Part shown: piece by piece, positions 59,911-64,000 of the stretch | Position numbering within the stretch: the stretch's first letter is position 1 | Layout: each line of letters starts with the position of its first letter | Assembly: GCA_963714015.1 (NCBI GenBank) | Contig: OY970223.1 | Location: 1,280,001 to 1,344,000, forward strand | DNA length: 64,000 nt | Direction of reading: 5' to 3' | From: Vulcanimicrobiota bacterium | GTDB lineage: Bacteria; Vulcanimicrobiota; Vulcanimicrobiia; Vulcanimicrobiales; Vulcanimicrobiaceae | Notes under the pieces: generated by a model | Database searches by the model: none | What the model was told of the DNA's origin: nothing | Seen by the model: the letters and a program-made list of their open reading frames with translations, nothing else | Position numbers and translations under genes: made by a program

Positions 59911-61059
59911 CTACGGCTGCAGCGTATTGAGCAGCGAGTTTTGCGCGTCGTCCTCGCCGAGCACCCAGAACATCGTCCCTCGAAGATGCTGCGCGCGAGC
60001 AAAGGCGGCTTTGATCGCCATCGATCGCGGATCGTCGTAACTGAAGAAGACGTGTTCGCGCGCGTTGTAAATCCACGGCGCCTGCGCAGTGTCGCTCCAG
60101 TGCTTCTGCCAAGCCGGGTTCGTGAGCATCTTGCTCTTTACCGCCGCATAGGGCGTTTCGTCGAAGATGCCGTTGAATCTCGAGTACAGTCCAGCGTTTT
60201 TGGACGCAACGTTGCGGAATCCGCGGCCGTAGAACGCCATTCCGAGCACGATCTTGTCCGCGGGTACGCCGTGCGCCTCGAAGTATTTCACCGCGCCGGA
60301 GAGGTTGTTCCAGCGCCGCTCCAGCCCGGGCGTCGGGTCGTTGGGGTCCGGATATAGCGGGTCGTTGAAATTGCTGTACGGTGAAAAGATGTTGTTCATG
60401 TCGTACGTCATCACGTCGATCCAGTCGACGGTGCGCGCGACTGCGGCAAGATCATAGCTGTTCCTGGGGTCGTACGGGCCGCCGGTCTGCCACCGGCCGG
60501 CCGGGATCGCAATGGTCAAGTAATACCGGCGATGCGTGCGCGAACTCAAGGCGTGGAGCTGCGAGCGAATCTCGCGAAGCAGCGCCGTCGCGTCCGAGCG
60601 ATCCTGCGGCCGGTTGTGCATGATCGTGTCGCCGCCGTGCACGGGAAACTCCCAGTCGATGTCTATCCCTTCGAGATCCTGACCGGCGACGTATTGCTGA
60701 ATGCACGTGCGCGCAAAAGCGGCACGCGAGGCTGGCGTCAGCGCAACGTCCGAGTAGTTCGGGGCCGCACCCCAACCGCCGATCGAAAGCGTCACGTGCA
60801 GGTTCGGATGCGCCGCGCGCAAGGCACGCAACTGCGCAAAATCAGCGCGCTGCTTGGCCGAAGGAGCGTGACAGGTGTTATCTGCCGCCGGTTCGGCAAA
60901 GGCATAGATGACGTTCGTGAGCTCCGCCGCCGGTATCTTCGCAACCGGGATCTCACCGGAGTAGTAGCCCGCCACAACGGGTTCTGCGCGGACCGGCGGC
61001 GTCGCCGCGCACGTCAGGAATGCGAGGAGAGCGGCGATTGCCGCGACTGATCTTTGCAT
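59911..61059 (-). CDS. Secreted GH18 chitinase
   Basis: Signal peptide; SIGGW, GIDIDWEFP (DxDxE intact), VMTYD, SYDD, MFW. Confidence 0.93.
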   Translation of the reverse strand: MQRSVAAIAALLAFLTCAATPPVRAEPVVAGYYSGEIPVAKIPAAELTNVIYAFAEPAADNTCHAPSAKQRADFAQLRALRAAHPNLHVTLSIGGWGAAPNYSDVALTPASRAAFARTCIQQYVAGQDLEGIDIDWEFPVHGGDTIMHNRPQDRSDATALLREIRSQLHALSSRTHRRYYLTIAIPAGRWQTGGPYDPRNSYDLAAVARTVDWIDVMTYDMNNIFSPYSNFNDPLYPDPNDPTPGLERRWNNLSGAVKYFEAHGVPADKIVLGMAFYGRGFRNVASKNAGLYSRFNGIFDETPYAAVKSKMLTNPAWQKHWSDTAQAPWIYNAREHVFFSYDDPRSMAIKAAFARAQHLRGTMFWVLGEDDAQNSLLNTLQP

Positions 61060-61124
61060 CGTTATGCCGCTCCTGAGGCGTGCCGAGTTTTGCGAACCGG
61101 CTTCGCCGCCGATCGCGAACATCA

Positions 61125-61153
61125 TTGACGACGCGAGCGAGACCGTGTACGAT
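61125..61153 (+). promoter_or_regulatory. Sigma70-type promoter toward cutC
   Basis: TTGACG-17 nt-TACGAT. Confidence 0.7.
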
Positions 61154-61161
61154 GTAACGCA

Positions 61162-61201
61162 AGCCAGTAGGGACGGACGCCCCGGACTGGCTTTTATTTT
61201 T
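61162..61201 (+). repeat. Hairpin + U-tract element, copy 2 (terminator/attenuator-like)
   Basis: AGCCAGTAGGGACGGACGCCCCGGACTGGCT-TTTATTTTT starting 8 nt after the -10 box. Confidence 0.85.
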
Positions 61202-61377
61202 GCCGAGTTCTTCGTAGAATTTGCGGAGGGACGTATGCTTTGGAGCCTCGGTTTGGGCTCGAGCGGTCAAGCCGACATTTCGGTATCGCCCGCAACGACC
61301 GGGACGTACTAGCTTCCAGCCGTGTGCAGCAACCGCGCGCCCATCCATCTCCGGATGGGTGAGCGCTGCCGGAGAAC

Positions 61378-62064
61378 GTGAAAGAAATGCAGCTCGAAGT
61401 GCTCGTGACCGATGCCGCCGAGGCGGTAACGGCGCAGCAAGCCGGTGCGACGCGGATCGAACTCGTGAGCGATCGCGAAAAGGGCGGCCTTACCCCGGCC
61501 GCGCACACGATTCAAGCTGCGGTCAATGCGGTTTCGATCCCCATTCACGCGATCGTTCGCCCCCACGATAACGGCTTCGTCTACGATCGCGCGCAGCGCA
61601 AGGAAATCTTGGCGGGCGCAGCTCGCCTGCGCGACTTGGGCGCTTGCGGCATCGTGTTTGGAGTGCTCGATCGCATGGCCCACGTCGACGTGGAGTTCGT
61701 GCAGGAGGTGGTGGGCGTGAGCCGGCTGCCCATGACGTTTCACCGTGCCTTCGACGCGACGCCGAGTTTGAGCGCGAGCTACGCCACGCTGGCCGCAATC
61801 GAGGGCGTCGCGCGCGTTCTAACGTCGGGGGGCGCCCATTCCGCCTGGGAGGGACGCGTTCTTCTGCGGGAGCTCTGCTGCGGGAACACGGCGCCGTCGA
61901 TCATCGCGGGCGGCGGAATCGACGGCTCGAATCTGCAGGAGCTGCTGCAATTCACGGGGCTGCGCGAGGTGCACGTCGGGAACGGCGCGCGCAGCGGCGG
62001 CAGGTTGGACGCTCGGAAGATCGAGCAGATGGCGCGCCTGCTCCACGCGCGAAATCAGCGCTGA
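61378..62064 (+). CDS. cutC: CutC family protein
   Basis: GATRIELV, GGLTP, IVRP, TFHRAFD, RVLTSGG, AGGGI. Confidence 0.93.
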   Translation: MKEMQLEVLVTDAAEAVTAQQAGATRIELVSDREKGGLTPAAHTIQAAVNAVSIPIHAIVRPHDNGFVYDRAQRKEILAGAARLRDLGACGIVFGVLDRMAHVDVEFVQEVVGVSRLPMTFHRAFDATPSLSASYATLAAIEGVARVLTSGGAHSAWEGRVLLRELCCGNTAPSIIAGGGIDGSNLQELLQFTGLREVHVGNGARSGGRLDARKIEQMARLLHARNQR

Positions 62065-62077
62065 CGGAGGTACGAGC

Positions 62078-63100
62078 ATGCGCGGAAAAGTACCCGCATC
62101 TGATATGCTTGGCGTGAACTTCGAGCGCGAGATCGGAGAGCAGCCCGACGTTTGGAAACGCATTGCCGAATCGGACAAGGCGCAAACGCTCGCAGGGGCA
62201 ATTCGCGATCGCGATGTCGTCTTAATCGGAACGGGCAGCTCGCTCTGCATGGCGCAGCTGGGCGCTCTCGCGCTGCGGCGGCGCGGAATCAACGCGCACG
62301 CGCTTTCTGCAACGGAGAGCGTTCTCGACAACGTCGCCTACCGGCACGCAGCCGTAATTGCGTGTTCGCAAAGCGGCCAGTCGAAAGATCTGCTCGACGC
62401 GCTGGACATCATCGAGCCCAAGCAACTCATAGCACTCACCAATACGCCGGAGTCTCCGCTAGGCGAGCGCGCCACGCTCTGCATCGACGTGGGATCCGGT
62501 CCGGAAATTGCGGTACCGGCGAGCAAGAGCGTAACCGCGACCGCCGCGATTCTGCTATGGGCAGCCGGTCTGATGTCCGGCAGTCACGGGCGCAACGCGA
62601 AGTCGCTGATCGAAACGGCCGAAGACGTGCGCGCGTGGCTCGACAGCAGCGGCGTAGAAGACGTGCGCGACGCGGCTCGACGCATCTCGCGCCGGCGAAG
62701 CGTGATCATCGCATCCACGGGGTACGGCTTACCGGTTGCCTTTGAGTTTGCGCTCAAACTGAAGGAAGCCAGTTACATTCACGCGGAGGGATTCAGCGCC
62801 GGCGAGTTCCGGCACGGAAGCGCCGCGATGCTCGACGCGAGCTGTGCGATCGTCGGCATCTGCGATCAGACGTCGCGGCAGATCGTCAACCGGCCGCTCG
62901 TCGAAGCCGCCGAAGCAGAAGCGCTGCGCTACGTGGTCGGCGCGCATCTGGGCGACATTCCGCTGCTGGGGCCGGTGCTGAGCGAACCCTTCAACACGCT
63001 GGGCTGGCTCGTTGCCGGGCAAGTCTTGGCGCTGCAGCTCGGGAGGGCGCGCTACGTCGAAAGCGACGCGCCTCGCGGTCTCATGAAGGCGATGGTCTAG
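62078..63100 (+). CDS. Double-SIS protein, GlmS isomerase-like without glutaminase (putative glucosamine-6-phosphate deaminase)
   Basis: EIGEQP, GTGSS, SQSGQS, AVPASKS, ALKLKEASYIHAEG, EFRHG, PRGLMK. Confidence 0.85.
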   Translation: MRGKVPASDMLGVNFEREIGEQPDVWKRIAESDKAQTLAGAIRDRDVVLIGTGSSLCMAQLGALALRRRGINAHALSATESVLDNVAYRHAAVIACSQSGQSKDLLDALDIIEPKQLIALTNTPESPLGERATLCIDVGSGPEIAVPASKSVTATAAILLWAAGLMSGSHGRNAKSLIETAEDVRAWLDSSGVEDVRDAARRISRRRSVIIASTGYGLPVAFEFALKLKEASYIHAEGFSAGEFRHGSAAMLDASCAIVGICDQTSRQIVNRPLVEAAEAEALRYVVGAHLGDIPLLGPVLSEPFNTLGWLVAGQVLALQLGRARYVESDAPRGLMKAMV

Positions 63101-63156
63101 GCTAGGGACGCTTCGTCAGAGGTTCCGCGCTTCGTCTAATAACATAGATTGACGGC

Positions 63157-64000
63157 GTGCCCAAAACCCGGCTCGGCAGCCTGTGGCTGCCGTTCACACA
63201 AATGAACGGATTCGACCCTGCTTCGCGCACGTTCGTGCGCGCAGAGGGGAATTATCTCTTCGATTCGGCCGGGAAGCGCTTCTTCGATGCCGTCAGCTCG
63301 ATTTGGACGACCGTTCACGGTCATTGTCACCCCGTAATCGTCGATGCCATCGCGCGGCAAGCAGCTACGCTCGATCATGCTACGCTGCTTGGAGCCGTTC
63401 ATCCGCGCGCCGAAGAGCTGGCCGATCGTCTGACGCGGCTGCTGCGGCTCGACTACGCATTCTTCTCCGGAGACGGCGCCAGCGCGTTGGAGGCGGCGCT
63501 CAAGATGGCGCTGCAATATTGGCGATCCGCCGGAGAGCCGCAGCGCACGCGTTTCGTACGGCTCGTTCATTCGTACCACGGCGATACTGCCGGCGCGATG
63601 AGCATCTCCGATATCGACGCGTTCAAAAACAACTTCGGCGCCGTAACGTTTGAATCGCTGCCCTACGACCAGGACGAGTCCGTGCTGCAGCGCGGCGACG
63701 TTGCGGCAATTATCGTTGAACCGATCGTGCAGGCCGCAGCGGGATTGCGTATGGTGCCCTCGGAGCGGTACGCGCGCCTGCACGATATTCAGCCGCTGCT
63801 GATCGTCGACGAGATCGCAACGGGCTTTGGGCGCACCGGCGCCATGTTCGCGCACGAGCAATTGTCTTTAAAACCGGACATCGTGTGCGCCGGTAAAGGG
63901 TTAACCGGCGGCACGCTGGCGCTGTCGGCCACCGTGGTGAGCGATCGGATCTATGAAGCGTTTTTGGGCGAACCGTCGCTGGGGAAGCAATTTTTCCACG
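63157..64000 (+). CDS. bioA: Adenosylmethionine-8-amino-7-oxononanoate aminotransferase (3' partial)
   Basis: [47 protein letters not shown]. Confidence 0.92.
   Translation, partial: MPKTRLGSLWLPFTQMNGFDPASRTFVRAEGNYLFDSAGKRFFDAVSSIWTTVHGHCHPVIVDAIARQAATLDHATLLGAVHPRAEELADRLTRLLRLDYAFFSGDGASALEAALKMALQYWRSAGEPQRTRFVRLVHSYHGDTAGAMSISDIDAFKNNFGAVTFESLPYDQDESVLQRGDVAAIIVEPIVQAAAGLRMVPSERYARLHDIQPLLIVDEIATGFGRTGAMFAHEQLSLKPDIVCAGKGLTGGTLALSATVVSDRIYEAFLGEPSLGKQFFH

Noticed and set aside
61064..61234. 82-aa ORF 61064..61312 as a full gene
   Set aside because: Its 5' part spans a promoter and terminator-like hairpin and lacks an RBS; only the last 25 codons have initiation signals
63101..63156. 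Biotin repressor operator before bioA
   Set aside because: Only a weak imperfect inverted repeat; does not fit the BirA TGTnAAC-N14/15-GTTnACA pattern
1..64000. Long antisense and alternate-frame ORFs (e.g. 23286..24563 +, 52569..53888 -, 54362..56068 -, 26974..28026 +)
   Set aside because: Shadow ORFs opposite well-supported genes in GC-rich DNA; no recognisable motifs
1..64000. CRISPR array, rRNA, tRNA, prophage or transposase
   Set aside because: No regularly spaced repeats, RNA gene signatures or phage/transposase motifs seen by eye; a covariance search was not possible

Overview
A 64-kb, GC-rich bacterial chromosomal segment of mostly housekeeping genes; gene style suggests Candidatus Eremiobacterota/Vulcanimicrobiota (inference only). 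In order: sugar ABC transporter and kup; Ser/Thr kinase-APC permease-USP cluster; trmD-rplS-lepB x3-rbgA-rnhB-yraN; rplU-prp (no rpmA); ABC exporter/ArnT-like cluster; penicillin acylase, Rieske ferredoxin, serine hydrolase, lone sufB; speD, a HExxH lipoprotein, a 170-bp MITE, speE-SDR-PaaI-gcvT/H/PA/PB; a LuxR-TPR regulator; NUDIX-scpAB-nfo-dinB; a degenerate UvrD helicase plus Fe-S nuclease pair; ubiX, galM, ispE, a glycoside hydrolase, pdxST, HNH; a chitin/amino-sugar locus (sugar porter, GH18, cutC, SIS) and partial bioA. Many genes carry small frameshifts that look like long-read indel errors. No rRNA, tRNA, CRISPR, transposase or prophage was recognised. Best candidates for new biology: (1) a near-identical 31-nt hairpin plus U-tract placed ahead of two different transcription units of the amino-sugar locus, a possible new attenuator; (2) a structured ~255-nt speD leader containing an Arg-rich 32-codon uORF whose ribosome-binding site can be sequestered.
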